From Eledone cirrhosa (lineage: Eukaryota): a stretch of 64,000 nt of DNA. A program made the translations under genes and the position numbers. The DNA lies in NCBI GenBank assembly GCA_964016885.1, contig CAXHJY010000656.1, positions 29,166 to 93,165 of the forward strand, given 5' to 3'. Positions 1 through 13,948 of the stretch are shown in pieces (position 1 is the stretch's first letter; each line of letters starts with the position of its first letter). The notes beneath the pieces were generated by a model. The model worked only from the letters and a program-made list of their open reading frames with translations. It was not told where the DNA came from and did not search any database.

Positions 1-54
1 ACAAAGAACAAAAAGAACTCTTCAGTTGTGTCAACTACATGATACACTCCTTAG

Positions 55-255
55 TGCTGGTGTCAAAATAAAATGGACAGAGTACAGTCTGTAAAGTGGT
101 TGACATTAAGGTCATCTGTCTGTGGAAATCATACTAAAATTGGAATATATGTGAGATGTGTTCCCTAGTTCCTTGGCCGGTGTAGGGGTTAAGTACTGAC
201 TTGGCCTGTAATGACTTGTCTTACCCATGCTAGCGTGAAAAAACTGACATAACAA
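55..255 (+). mobile_element. Decayed RTE-type 3' tail / SINE tail
   Basis: Degenerate match to the family A 3' UTR (ctgtaaagtggttgacattaagg...gtggaaatc) and terminal motif (cccatgctagcgtgaaaaaactgacataa) seen intact at 63530-63690. Confidence 0.4.
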
Positions 256-959
256 GCATAGAGAGCACACTAGGATAAATGTTTGCTAATTAATCTTTCT
301 GTGGACTGATAATGAGGGATTAACTTGACCAAGTTTCAGTCCTAGTATTCTTTCTCTGCCTGTGGAAGGATACGCAACTAATAGTAAGTTATAACCACCG
401 AATCGGATGGCCACGCTAAACCAATAAATCTGATTTTCATAAACAGTTCTATAATGATGTGTGTATGTGTCAGTGTATGTATGTGTTTAATACAGTATTG
501 GTTAAAACAAATCCAATATTAAGTTAACTCTTGTTACAATATTACTAATAAAAGACTGTTTCAAATAATTGGAAAATAATCAAGAATTTTGAAGTATTTA
601 GCAATATAACATACTTTCTCAATATTTGTTTAGAATGTAACTTAACTAAGGTTTTTATATTATATGATGGAAAGTTAAATAAATATATGAATGTGTCATA
701 GAATTGGAGCTTATTTCAGGTGGTGCTGTATCAAAAGGTTTAAAATGTTAACTTAACCAAGCTAATCAATGAAATAACTACTGGGATTGCAATGAATGAT
801 GCATAACCTTTAACGGCGATGCTCCAGTATGGCCGTGGTCCATTGTTTAACAGCAGTGAACAAATATTAGTGCATGTGTTTGTATGCATGTATGTATTGG
901 TGCATGTATATTGCTGTGGTCTATTAGTATGTGTGTGTTGTATATAGATTGGTGTGGCC

Positions 960-1370
960 TTATTAGTGTGTCTGTATGTACTTGTGTATGTGGTGGTAGT
1001 GAGGATGATGGTGGTGTTATTGATAGTGTTGATGATAAAGAGCTAAGGTAGTGGTATGTGGTTAGTAAAATGAAGTTTGACCACAATAGTGGTGGTGGTG
1101 GGTATGATGATGGGATCAAGGTGGTTATGGTGGTGATAATGATGGGGACCAGGGAGATGGGGGTGAATATAGTGGTGGTGGTGTTGATGGGATCAATGTG
1201 GTGGTGGTAATGGTAATAGTGATGATGGTGCTGGTGGTGTTAATGATGATAGTGAGGATGATTATTGTGGTGCTATATGCTGAAATATGTGGTAAGTAAA
1301 CTGAAGCTTAGTGATGCTAGAGGTGGTTATGGTGATGGTAGGGATGGTGATGATGATGATATACAATGAA
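960..1370. repeat. Degenerate (GGT/GAT)n low-complexity tract
   Basis: Runs of ggtggtggt and gatgatg with many substitutions. Confidence 0.7.
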
Positions 1371-1474
1371 ATGCTATAGTGAAGTGTGTTTGGTTGATTC
1401 ACAACACAGTAGGTGTTGGAAAACATCTGAAAAATTGATGGGGGTGGCAGGCAATTATTCAAAACCCAAGATTA

Positions 1475-4400
1475 GGTCTTAGTTGTGATGGTTACCTAGA
1501 GATTGTGATATAGTAGGACTATGGTCTTAGTTGTGATGGTTACCTAGAGATTGTGATATAGTAGGACTATGGTCTTAGTTGTGATGGTTACCTAGAGATT
1601 GTGATATAGTAGGACTATGGTCTTAGTTGTGATGGTTACCTAGAGATTGTGATATAGTAGGACTAGGGTCTTAGTTGTGATGGTTATTTAGAGATTGTGA
1701 TAGAGTAGGACTAGGGTCTTAGTTGTGATGGTTATCTAGAGATTGTGATATAGTAGGACTAGGGTCTTAGTTGTGATGGTTACCTAGAGATTGTGATATA
1801 GTAGGACTATGGTCTTAGTTGTGATGGTTACCTAGAGATTGTGATAGAGTAGGACTAGGGTCTTAGTTGTGATGGTTATCTAGAGATTGTGATATAGTAG
1901 GACTAGGGTCTTAGTTGTGATGGTTACCTAGAGATTGTGATATAGTAGGACTATGGTCTTAGTTGTGATGGTTACCTAGAGATTGTGATATAGTAGGACT
2001 AGGGTCTTAGTTGTGATGGTTACTTAGATATTGTGATATAGTAGGACTAGGGTCTTAGTTGTGATGGTTACTTAGAGATTGTGATATAGTAGGACTAGGG
2101 TCTTAGTTGTGATGGTTACTTAGAGATTGTGATATAGTAGGACTAGGGTCTTAGTTGTGATGGTTATCTAGAGATTGTGATATAGTAGGACTAGGGTCTT
2201 AGTTGTGATGGTTATCTAGAGATTGTGATATAGTAGGACTATGGTCTTAGTTGTGATGGTTACCTAGAGATTGTGATATAGTAGGACTATGGTCTTAGTT
2301 GTGATGGTTACCTAGAGATTGTGATATAGTAGGACTAGGGTCTTAGTTGTGATGGTTATCTAGAGATTGTGATATAGTAGGACTATGGTCTTAGTTGTGA
2401 TGGTTACCTAGAGATTGTGATATAGTAGGACTAGGGTCTTAGTTGTGATGGTTATTTAGAGATTGTGATATAGTAGGACTAGGGTCTTAGTTGTGATGGT
2501 TATTTAGAGATTGTGATATAGTAGGACTAGGGTCTTAGTTGTGATGGTTATTTAGAGATTGTAATATAGTAGGACTAGGGTCTTAGTTGTGATGGTTACC
2601 TAGAGATTGTGATATAGTAGGACTATGGTCTTAGTTGTGATGGTTACCTAGAGATTGTGATATAGTAGGACTATGGTCTTAGTTGTGATGGTTACCTAGA
2701 GATTGTGATAGAGTAGGACTAGGGTCTTAGTTGTGATGGTTATCTAGAGATTGTGATATAGTAGGACTATGGTCTTAGTTGTGATGGTTACCTAGAGATT
2801 GTGATATAGTAGGACTAGGGTCTTAGTTGTGATGGTTATTTAGAGATTGTGATATAGTTGGACTAGGGTCTTAGTTGTGATGGTTACTTAGAGATTGTGA
2901 TATAGTAGGACTAGGGTCTTAGTTGTGATGGTTACTTAGAGATTGTGATATAGTAGGACTAGGGTCTTAGTTGTGATGGTTACCTAGAGATTGTGATATA
3001 GTAGGACTAGGGTCTTAGTTGTGATGGTTACCTAGAGATTGTGATATAGTAGGACTAGGGTCTTAGTTGTGATGGTTACCTAGAGATTGTGATATAGTAG
3101 GACTAGGGTCTTAGTTGTGATGGTTACTTAGAGATTGTGATATAGTAGGACTAGGGTCTTAGTTGTGATGGTTACCTAGAGATTGTGATATAGTAGGACT
3201 AGGGTCTTAGTTGTGATGGTTACTTAGAGATTGTGATATAGTAGGACTAGGGTCTTAGTTGTGATGGTTACCTAGAAATTGTGATATAGTAGGACTAGGG
3301 TCTTAGTTGTGATGGTTACCTAGAGATTGTGATATAGTAGCACTAGGGTCTTAGATGTGATGGTTATTTAGAGATTGTGATATAGTAGGACTAGGGTCTT
3401 AGTTGTGATGGTTACCTAGAGATTGTGATATAGTAGGACTAGGGTCTTAGTTGTGATGGTTATTTAGAGATTGTGATATAGTAGGACTAGGGTCTTAGTT
3501 GTGATGGTTACCTAGAGATTGTGATATAGTAGGACTATGGTCTTAGTTGTGATGGTTACCTAGAGATTGTGATATAGTAGGACTATGGTCTTAGTTGTGA
3601 TGGTTATTTAGAGATTGTGATATAGTAGGACTAGGGTCTTAGTTGTGATGGTTATTTAGAGATTGTGATATAGTAGGACTAGGGTCTTAGTTGTGATGGT
3701 TATTTAGAGATTGTGATATAGTAGGACTATGGTCTTAGTTGTGATGGTTACCTAGAGATTGTGATATAGTAGGACTAGGGTCTTAGTCGTGATGGTTACC
3801 TAGAGATTGTGATATAGTAGGACTAGGGTCTTAGTTGTGATGGTTACCTAGAGATTGTGATATAGTAGGACTAGGGTCTTAGTTGTGATGGTTATTTAGA
3901 GATTGTGATATAGTAGGACTAGGGTCTTAGTTGTGATGGTTACCTAGAGATTGTGATAGAGTAGGACTAGGGTCTTAGTTGTGATGGTTATCTAGAGATT
4001 GTGATATAGTAGGACTAGGGTCTTAGTTGTGATGGTTACCTAGAGATTGTGATATAGTAGGACTAGGGTCTTAGTTGTGATGGTTATTTAGAGATTGTGA
4101 TATAGTAGGACTAGGGTCTTAGTTGTGATGGTTATTTAGAGATTGTGATATAGTAGGACTATGGTCTTAGTTGTGATTGTTACCTAGAGATTGTGATATA
4201 GTAGGACTAGGATCTTAGTCGTGATGGTTACCTAGAGATTGTGATATAGTAGGACTAGGGTCTTAGTTGTGATGGTTACCTAGAGATTGTGATATAGTAG
4301 GACTAGGGTCTTAGTTGTGATGGTTATTTAGAGATTGTGATATAGTAGGGCTAGGGTCTTAGTTGTGATGGTTATTTAGAGATTGTGATATAGTAGGACT

Positions 4401-7400
4401 AGGGTCTTAGTTGTGATGGTTACCTGGAGATTGTGATAGAGTAGGACTAGGGTCCTAGTTGTGATGGTTATCTAGAGATTGTGATATAGTAGACTAAGGT
4501 CTTAGTTGTGATGGTTACCTAGAGATTGTGATATAGTAGGACTAGGGTCTTAGTTGTGATGGTTATTTAGAGATTGTGATATAGTAGGACTAGGGTCTTA
4601 GTTGTGATGGTTATTTAGAGATTGTGATATAGTAGGACTAGGGTCTTAGTTGTGATGGTTATTTAGAGATTGTGATATAGTAGGACTATGGTCTTAGTTG
4701 TGATGGTTACCTAGAGATTGTGATATAGTAGGACTAGGGTCTTAGTTGTGATGGTTACCTAGAGATTGTGATATAGTAGGACTAGGGTCTTAGTTGTGAT
4801 GGTTATTTAGAGATTGTGATATAGTAGGACTAGGGTCTTAGTTGTGATGGTTATTTAGAGATTGTGATATAGTAGGACTAGGGTCTTAGTTGTGATGGTT
4901 ATTTAGAGATTGTGATATAGTAGGACTAGGGTCTTAGTCGTGATGGTTACCTAGAGATTGTGATATAGTAGGACTAGGGTCTTAGTTGTGATGGTTACCT
5001 AGAGATTGTGATATAGTAGGACTAGGGTCTTAGTTGTGATGGTTATTTAGAGATTGTGATATAGTAGGACTAGGGTCTTAGTTGTGATGGTTATTTAGAG
5101 ATTGTGATATAGTAGGACTAGGGTCTTAGTTGTGATGGTTACCTAGAGATTGTGATAGAGTAGGACTAGGGTCTTAGTTGTGATGGTTATCTAGAGATTG
5201 TGATATAGTAGGACTAGGGTCTTAGTTGTGATGGTTACCTAGAGATTGTGATATAGTAGGACTAGGGTCTTAGTTGTGATGGTTATTTAGAGATTGTGAT
5301 ATAGTAGGACTAGGGTCTTAGTTGTGATGGTTATTTAGAGATTGTGATATAGTAGGACTATGGTCTTAGTTGTGATGGTTACCTAGAGATTGTGATATAG
5401 TAGGACTAGGGTCTTAGTTGTGATGGTTACCTAGAGATTGTGATATAGTAGGACTAGGGTCTTAGTTGTGATGGTTATTTAGAGATTGTGATATAGTAGG
5501 ACTAGGGTCTTAGTTGTGATGGTTATTTAGAGATTGTGATATAGTAGGACTAGGGTCTTAGTTGTGATGGTTATTTAGAGATTGTGATATAGTAGGACTA
5601 GGGTCTTAGTTGTGATGGTTATTTAGAGATTGTGATATAGTAGGACTAGGGTCTTAGTCGTGATGGTTACCTAGAGATTGTGATATAGTAGGACTAGGGT
5701 CTTAGTTGTGATGGTTACCTAGAGATTGTGATATAGTAGGACTAGGGTCTTAGTTGTGATGGTTATTTAGAGATTGTGATATAGTAGGACTAGGGTCTTA
5801 GTTGTGATGGTTATTTAGAGATTGTGATATAGTAGGACTAGGGTCTTAGTTGTGATGGTTACCTAGAGATTGTGATAGAGTAGGACTAGGGTCTTAGTTG
5901 TGATGGTTATCTAGAGATTGTGATATAGTAGGACTAGGGTCTTAGTTGTGATGGTTACCTAGAGATTGTGATATAGTAGGACTAGGGTCTTAGTTGTGAT
6001 GGTTATTTAGAGATTGTGATATAGTAGGACTAGGGTCTTAGTTGTGATGGTTATTTAGAGATTGTGATATAGTAGGACTATGGTCTTAGTTGTGATGGTT
6101 ACCTAGAGATTGTGATATAGTAGGACTAGGGTCTTAGTTGTGATGGTTACCTAGAGATTGTGATATAGTAGGACTAGGGTCTTAGTTGTGATGGTTATTT
6201 AGAGATTGTGATATAGTAGGACTAGGGTCTTAGTTGTGATGGTTATTTAGAGATTGTGATATAGTAGGACTAGGGTCTTAGTTGTGATAGTTATTTAGAG
6301 ATTGTGATATAGTAGGACTATGGTCTTAGTTGTGATTGTTACCTAGAGATTGTGATATAGTAGGACTAGGGTCTTAGTTGTGATGGTTACCTAGAGATTG
6401 TGATATAGTAGGACTAGGGTCTTAGTTGTGATGGTTATTTAGAGATTGTGATATAGTAGGACTAGGGTCTTAGTTGTGATGGTTATTTAGAGATTGTGAT
6501 ATAGTAGGACTAGGGTCTTAGTTGTGATGGTTATTTAGAGATTGTGATATAGTAGGACTATGGTCTTAGTTGTGATTGTTACCTAGAGATTGTGATATAG
6601 TAGGACTAGGATCTTAGTCGTGATGGTTACCTAGAGATTGTGATATATTAGGACTAGGGTCTTAGTTGTGATGGTTACCTAGAGATTGTGATATAGTAGG
6701 ACTAGGGTCTTAGTTGTGATGGTTATTTAGAGATTGTGATATAGTAGGGCTAGGGTCTTAGTTGTGATGGTTATTTAGAGATTGTGATATAGTAGGACTA
6801 GGGTCTTAGTTGTGATGGTTACCTAGAGATTGTGATAGAGTAGGACTAGGGTCTTAGTTGTGATGGTTATCTAGAGATTGTGATATAGTAGGACTAGGGT
6901 CTTAGTTGTGATGGTTACCTAGAGATTGTGATATAGTAGGACTAGGGTCTTAGTTGTGATGGTTATTTAGAGATTGTGATATAGTAGGACTAGGGTCTTA
7001 GTTGTGATGGTTATTTAGAGATTGTGATATAGTAGGACTATGGTCTTAGTTGTGATGGTTACCTAGAGATTGTGATATAGTAGGACTAGGGTCTTAGTTG
7101 TGATGGTTACCTAGAGATTGTGATATAGTAGGACTAGGGTCTTAGTTGTGATGGTTATTTAGAGATTGTGATATAGTAGGACTAGGGTCTTAGTTGTGAT
7201 GGTTATTTAGAGATTGTGATATAGTAGGACTAGGGTCTTAGTTGTGATAGTTATTTAGAGATTGTGATATAGTAGGACTATGGTCTTAGTTGTGATTGTT
7301 ACCTAGAGATTGTGATATAGTAGGACTAGGGTCTTAGTTGTGATGGTTACCTAGAGATTGTGATATAGTAGGACTAGGGTCTTAGTTGTGATGGTTATTT

Positions 7401-8654
7401 AGAGATTGTGATATAGTAGGACTAGGGTCTTAGTTGTGATGGTTATTTAGAGATTGTGATATAGTAGGACTAGGGTCTTAGTTGTGATGGTTATTTAGAG
7501 ATTGTGATATAGTAGGACTATGGTCTTAGTTGTGATTGTTACCTAGAGATTGTGATATAGTAGGACTAGGATCTTAGTCGTGATGGTTACCTAGAGATTG
7601 TGATATAGTAGGACTAGGGTCTTAGTTGTGATGGTTACCTAGAGATTGTGATATAGTAGGACTAGGGTCTTAGTTGTGATGGTTATTTAGAGATTGTGAT
7701 ATAGTCGGGCTAGGGTCTTAGTTGTGATGGTTATTTAGAGATTGTGATATAGTAGGACTAGGGTCTTAGTTGTGATGGTTACCTAGAGATTGTGATAGAG
7801 TAGGACTAGGGTCTTAGTTGTGATGGTTATCTAGAGATTGTGATATAGTAGGACTAGGGTCTTAGTTGTGATGGTTACCTAGAGATTGTGATATAGTAGG
7901 ACTAGGGTCTTAGTTGTGATGGTTATTTAGAGATTGTGATATAGTAGGACTAGGGTCTTAGTTGTGATGGTTATTTAGAGATTGTGATATAGTAGGACTA
8001 TGGTCTTAGTTGTGATGGTTACCTAGAGATTGTGATATAGTAGGACTAGGGTCTTAGTTGTGATGGTTACCTAGAGATTGTGATATAGTAGGACTAGGGT
8101 CTTAGTTGTGATGGTTATTTAGAGATTGTGATATAGTAGGACTAGGGTCTTAGTTGTGATGGTTATTTAGAGATTGTGATATAGTAGGACTAGGGTCTTA
8201 GTTGTGATAGTTATTTAGAGATTGTGATATAGTAGGACTATGGTCTTAGTTGTGATTGTTACCTAGAGATTGTGATATAGTAGGACTAGGGTCTTAGTTG
8301 TGATGGTTACCTAGAGATTGTGATATAGTAGGACTAGGGTCTTAGTTGTGATGGTTATTTAGAGATTGTGATATAGTAGGACTAGGGTCTTAGTTGTGAT
8401 GGTTATTTAGAGATTGTGATATAGTAGGACTAGGGTCTTAGTTGTGATGGTTATTTAGAGATTGTGATATAGTAGGACTAGGGTCTTAGTTGTGATGGTT
8501 ATTTAGAGATTGTGATATAGTAGGACTATGGTCTTAGTTGTGATTGTTACCTAGAGATTGTGATATAGTAGGACTAGGGTCTTAGTCGTGATGGTTACCT
8601 AGAGATTGTGATATAGTAGGACTAGGGTCTTAGTTGTGATGGTTATCTAGAGAT
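1475..8654. repeat. 48-bp tandem satellite, ~150 copies (GGTCTTAGTTGTGATGGTTAYYTAGAGATTGTGATATAGTAGGACTAG)
   Basis: Pattern recurs every 240 nt (5 units); few variant positions; one 1-bp deletion near 4491; stop codons in all six frames. Confidence 0.98.
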
Positions 8655-8717
8655 AGATAATACTTGAAATCTAATCCTCTCTGAGTCATGCTAATCTTTT
8701 TTTGTATTTATTTTTAT

Positions 8718-8850
8718 GAAGACATGCAGCCAAGTGGTTAGGATGTTGAGCCTGCTATTGTAATGTTGTGGGTTTCATTCCTGGATCAGATGGATCATTA
8801 TATTTTTGAGCAAAACACTTAATTTCATATTGCTCCAGTTAACTCTGGTT
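8718..8850 (+). mobile_element. Decayed tRNA-derived CORE-type SINE
   Basis: A-box-like gcagccaagtggttagg and B-box-like gggtttcattcc, then tttgagcaaaacacttaatttcatattgctccagt, homologous to the SINE at 50099. Confidence 0.6.
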
Positions 8851-9405
8851 TAATTTCCAGGTACTGCTGGTATTTATTTTCAACTGTGATGGATTAGCAT
8901 CTCGTCCAAGGGATACTTTTACTCTCAGCTACTTAATTAGGATAAAGTCTGGCCCAATGATCCTCCAGGCTTTGAACATACTATTGTATTCTTTATCTAC
9001 ATCAAGAGATGAGCCTCTTTAATGTTAGGTTCACTCTACACAATTATTCATATTATACATTGTATCTGTCTATCTTCACCTGTCTTTCTCTGTTTTTCTT
9101 TATTTATCCACCATTGACTACAGGGTAAAGCTGAAGCTACTCTCTCTTTTCTACTGGGCTCTCTGCCATGTTTGGGCCCATAGACAACAGCAGGTAGGTC
9201 TACTGCACTAGCATCGTCACAGTATGCTGCTATACAGCTTTGGTATAAACACTGCTGCCCATCTCTTAAATTCACCTCTGCTTGGTCATGCACTCTGCCA
9301 CCCATATAGTGAACCTATCAGTGATACAGTCATGCCAGAACCTTTCTTTGAATGGCACAAATGGCAGACAGTTCAAATTGGATTGGTGCGATTACATTAT
9401 ATCTC

Positions 9406-9600
9406 CAGGCGGTGGATTGGTTGAGGGTCGGACATGCTTTCCAGCATAGTTTCGTCCCTTTACGATCTGAGTTCAAATCTCGCCACGGTTAACTTTGCCT
9501 TTCATCCTTACGAGGTCGATAAAATAAAGTACCAGTAATGTACTGGGTAATTGCTGGCCTTGTGCCAAAAGTAGAAACAATTATATCTCCAGCTAATATT
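9406..9600 (+). mobile_element. tRNA-derived SINE with Meta-like central domain
   Basis: B-box gagttcaaatc followed by aactttgcctttcatccttacgaggtcgataaaataaagtaccag. Confidence 0.6.
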
Positions 9601-10193
9601 TGGTCCTCACATATATGGTGTCTGCCATTGGAGTCATGAGTGGCTGACATCTGTGTCAGATGTTTGTGGTCACTAAACATGGCTGGCTTCTGTTTGTGAT
9701 GTTATGGATTCACTGGTTGAAACCAGCTCAACCCATCCTGGGTAAACACTGACAGAAATACAAGTGAAACCTCTTCATTATCCACATCAGTATAAAGCAG
9801 CTGCTTTCTCTATTCTACAGGGCTCTCTGCCATGTTTGGCTCGATATGCAACAACAGGTAGGTCTACTGCACTAGCATCATTGCTGTACTCTGCTATACA
9901 GCTTCAATATAAACATGGCTCCTCTTCTCTTAAATCCACTTCTCTGCTTACCCTACCTCTTCAATGTACAACCAAGCAACAATCACACCCTCTTGTGGGT
10001 CAGGTTTTTCTTATCAGAAATCCTTTTTCTCCCTCTCCTTGGTATCAAATGTGGGTTTAATCTCTTTATTTGGCATCAGATACTGCACTCAACCTATGCA
10101 TCACATTAGCTGTGCATCTCAGACACTACATAACACTAACATGTAACTGATGCACCACACATGTACATACAGGTTCATACTCAAACGTCTGCA

Positions 10194-11011
10194 CACAAAC
10201 ACCATGGTCACCCGGATAGTAAACCAAGTCATACAGAATGGGGTTGTTCCGAAGGACTGGCGTAGCAGCATCATCATTAACTGCTACAAGGGTAAAGGAG
10301 ATGCCCTAGATAGGAGTAACTATAGAGGCATTAAATTAATCGATCAGGTCATGAAGGTCACAGAAAAAGTAATAGCGCAACTAATCAGAGAGAGAATTGA
10401 TCTAGATGAAATGCAGTTCGGGTTTGTGTCAGGCAAAAGTACCACAGACGCTCTTTTCATTGTACGACAACTACAGGAGAAGTACCTAGCTAAAAGTAAA
10501 CCCCTATACTTAGCTTTTGTCGACTTGGAGAAAGCCTTCGACAGTCCCCTGTTCCATTATATGGTGGGGTCTTAGAAAACTAAGTGTTGATGAATGGCTT
10601 GTGAGAGCTATACAAACCATGTATAAAGAAACAGTCAGCAAGGTTAGAATTAACAACGAATATAGTGAAGAGTTTAGCGTAAAAGTTGGTGTTCATCAGG
10701 GCTCCGTTCTTAGCCCCCTACTATCTATTATCGCCCTTCAGGCTATAACAGTGGAGTTCAAGACCGGCTGCCCATGGGAACTCCTATACGCAGATGATCT
10801 AACGCTCATAGCTGAATCAATGGCTGAACTAGAGAAGAAATTCCAAACATGGAAGCATGGCCTAGCATTAAAAGGCCTTTAAGCTAACTTGTCTAAGACT
10901 AAAGTTCTAGTTTGTAGGAAGGAAAATAGGGCACCGCTCCCATCTGGGAAATGGCCATGCTCAGTGTGTAGGAAAGGAGTAGGTAGAAACTCCATTTTAT
11001 GTCCCAAATGC
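10194..11011 (+). mobile_element. RTE family A1 internal fragment (RT, frameshifted)
   Basis: ORFs 10150-10575, 10517-10882 and 10889-11074 give [35 protein letters not shown] and the start of the Cys finger. Confidence 0.95.
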
Positions 11012-11363
11012 CGGGGGTGTATTTTGTTAGAGGTGCCTACTGACTGTAGTAGGTTTCACTTTGTACTTAGGTAAGGCGGGTCTTCTCTATTACTGTGTAG
11101 CGCCAAAGCTCTCGGTCCAGTGACATTGTCTTGGAGAGGTGTAAGTGTGTGAGGTCGGAATTTATCAAGTCGTTCCAGGTTTTTCTGGGTCTGCCTACTC
11201 CGTGGCTACCGTCTATTTTTATTGCCCTGCACTTTTTTATACAGCTGTTGTCTTTCATGCGCATCATGTGACCATACCAACGTAGCCTTCTCTCGAGTAA
11301 ACAACATCTGATCCCTCTTATTTCTAATTTTTCCCTTAGTTCGTTTATGCTTTGCCGTTCACG
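11012..11363 (-). mobile_element. RTE family A1 3' fragment, tail-less, with fold-back 5' junction
   Basis: RRLRWYGH...GRPRKTW...EKTRLT* on the minus strand; 3' UTR broken at the G-tract. Confidence 0.93.
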
Positions 11364-11699
11364 GCAAAGCATAAACGATTGTTTTTTTAAAATATTTAAT
11401 GTTTATTTATTATTCTTTTTATATTTATTATAAGTTGGTGTATCTGGTTTAAAATGTCTGTTATGCTAGAAAGGGGATGAGATAGAGAGATCAGTGGTGG
11501 TCCTGTGTCTTTAAGGAAAGAAGATGGTAAGTGTTTGAGAAAGAAAGAGGGAGGAATTGCTTTTGCAAAAAATATTCTTTATCCTCAAATTATGAATAAA
11601 ATATTCCATTTTAGTAGTTTCAGCCATTTGTTAAATTTATTTGACTTACTTTGTTGTATATATGTAATCAATTATTATATATATTGTGTGTGTATTTAA

Positions 11700-12290
11700 A
11701 TTCAAGATTTTCTGGGTGGGTAGCAGTGACTGTTAAAGATGTAGGAATACTACTAGCAAAGAAATGAGTGGATAAGGTAATTGAGGTAGTCAGCATATGT
11801 AATAGGATGATTAAGATTACACAAGTAACACTTAGGCAACACAAAAGCTACTATAACCTCTGCATATACACCACATGCTGGACTTGCATATTAGACTCCT
11901 TCAATTACAGTAACCTTATTATTGTGGCTGGTGACTTCAATGGCCATGTTGGGAAACATCATTAGGGCTTTCCTTTTGTGCATGAAAGCTATGGAGAGAG
12001 AAGGTCAAGTCTTCTGTGATGCTTTTGACTTAACCATTTGTACCACAAATTTCAAGAAAGCAGCCAGCCATGTAATTATTTACCAATTGGGTAGGGTGGG
12101 GTGAGAGACACAAGTCACATAGACTTCATTCTCATTAGGAAACTAGATTGGCAAATGGTTGTAAATGCCAAGTCCTTCCCTGGTGAAGAATGTACAAATT
12201 AGTTATCAGTAACCTTAAAGTAAGGGCCACACCAACTCTGAGGCAAAATTAGATCTGGTGAAGGAAGATATGGAAGCTGAAGGAACTTTT
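11700..12290 (+). mobile_element. Old decayed RTE APE-endonuclease fragment
   Basis: FWVG, IIVAGDFNGHVGKH, FCDAFDLTICTTNFKK, IDFILIR, KSFPGEEC and RKIWKLK recognisable across frameshifts. Confidence 0.8.
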
Positions 12291-12939
12291 CATATAACTA
12301 GGACCCCTGTCCTTAAAATGCCCAAGAAACCTCCTGTAAGAGTGAGCTGTAACAAAAATGTGTGGTTCTGCTTTAGCCTGCCTTTCTTCATTATAACACA
12401 AGAGTTTAGAAAATGAATTCCTTGCCTTGAATACTTTATATGCTGATGAGCTGCTTCGTTTTCACTATTTTATATCTTTTTCATGCTTGCATGGGTTAGA
12501 TGGGTTGTCACATTGCGACTAGACAAGTCAGATGACTGGTTTGTTCATACAGCTGGACACCCTTCTTAATGCCAATCACTTCATGGTGTGAACAAGGTTT
12601 GTTTTCTTGTGGAACCACCAATACCACTTTTTAGTGTAGGCTAGGTGCTTTTATCATGATATCAGCACAACACTTTACAGTGTGGGCTGGGTATATTTCA
12701 TTGCAGCATCAGTGTCACTGCTTGTAGACTGCACTGGTGCATTCTCATACAATCATGAGCGAAACATCCTAACCACTTGGCTACACAAAATTACATTGAA
12801 AATCATAGATAGTGTCTTTCATTAGAAATATAGTAACAAAAGGGATAAACAAAGTGTGAATACTAATAGAAAGGACACAATGAAAGGAATCCACATTTTG
12901 TTTCAATGTAACATGTATTACTCATTAAATACACATAAC

Positions 12940-12988
<49 letters not shown>

Positions 12989-13044
12989 CATGCATCTAGT
13001 CAATGTCAGTATATAAAATGTGTTTTCTCCCAATGTTCTTTCAG

Positions 13045-13204
13045 AACCAGAGAACTCATTCTCACGCAAACATCCTGTGTGTTGTTGGTTATCCTGTATG
13101 CTGACCTGTTTTGCTGGTAGTATTCTTGCTAACTTGTTACTTGGAGAAGCCGCCTTGATACCATTTAAAAACCACACAGATATTCTCACAGCTACAGCAG
13201 TATG
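13045..13204 (+). CDS. TMEM38: TRIC/TMEM38 cation channel, internal coding exon (first in window)
   Basis: ttctttcag|AA acceptor; (E)PENSFSRKHPVCCWLSCMLTCFAGSILANLLLGEAALIPFKNHTDILTATAVW; TG|gtaatt donor; SRKHP..W.S.M...FAG...LLG is the TRIC signature. Confidence 0.9.
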
Positions 13205-13274
13205 GTAATTTTTGTCTCTTTTTCAGCATCATCTAGAGTAAGAGAGCAGTTGTTTAAATATTAGATCTTTATTG

Positions 13275-13338
13275 TGTGTGTATGTATGTATATGTATATA
13301 TCATCATCACCATATATGTTTGTATATATGTATGTATG

Positions 13339-13370
<32 letters not shown>

Positions 13371-13438
13371 TATCATCATCACCATATATATTTGTATATA
13401 TATATGTATATATATATATGTATGTATATATATGTATT

Positions 13439-13485
<47 letters not shown>

Positions 13486-13486
13486 T

Positions 13487-13533
<47 letters not shown>

Positions 13534-13564
13534 TTATATATGTATGTATATATATATATGTATA

Positions 13565-13612
<48 letters not shown>

Positions 13613-13860
13613 CATATATATATGTATGTATATATATATATATATATATCACCATATATGTATGTATATATATATATATATATATCACCATATATGTATG
13701 TATATATATATATATATATATCACCATATATGTATGTATATATATATATATATATATATATCACCATATATGTATGTATATATATATATATATATATATA
13801 TCACCATATATGTATGTATATATATATATCACCATATATGTATATATATATATATCACCA

Positions 13861-13904
<44 letters not shown>

Positions 13905-13906
13905 CA

Positions 13907-13948
<42 letters not shown>

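Noticed and set aside
1475-8654. CRISPR array, coding repeat or telomeric repeat
   Set aside because: Head-to-tail monomers with no unique spacers, stops in all frames, and only a CTAGGG resemblance to TTAGGG
1-13044. First coding exon of TMEM38
   Set aside because: No TRIC N-terminal-like reading frame with a phase-1 donor was recognised; probably upstream of the window
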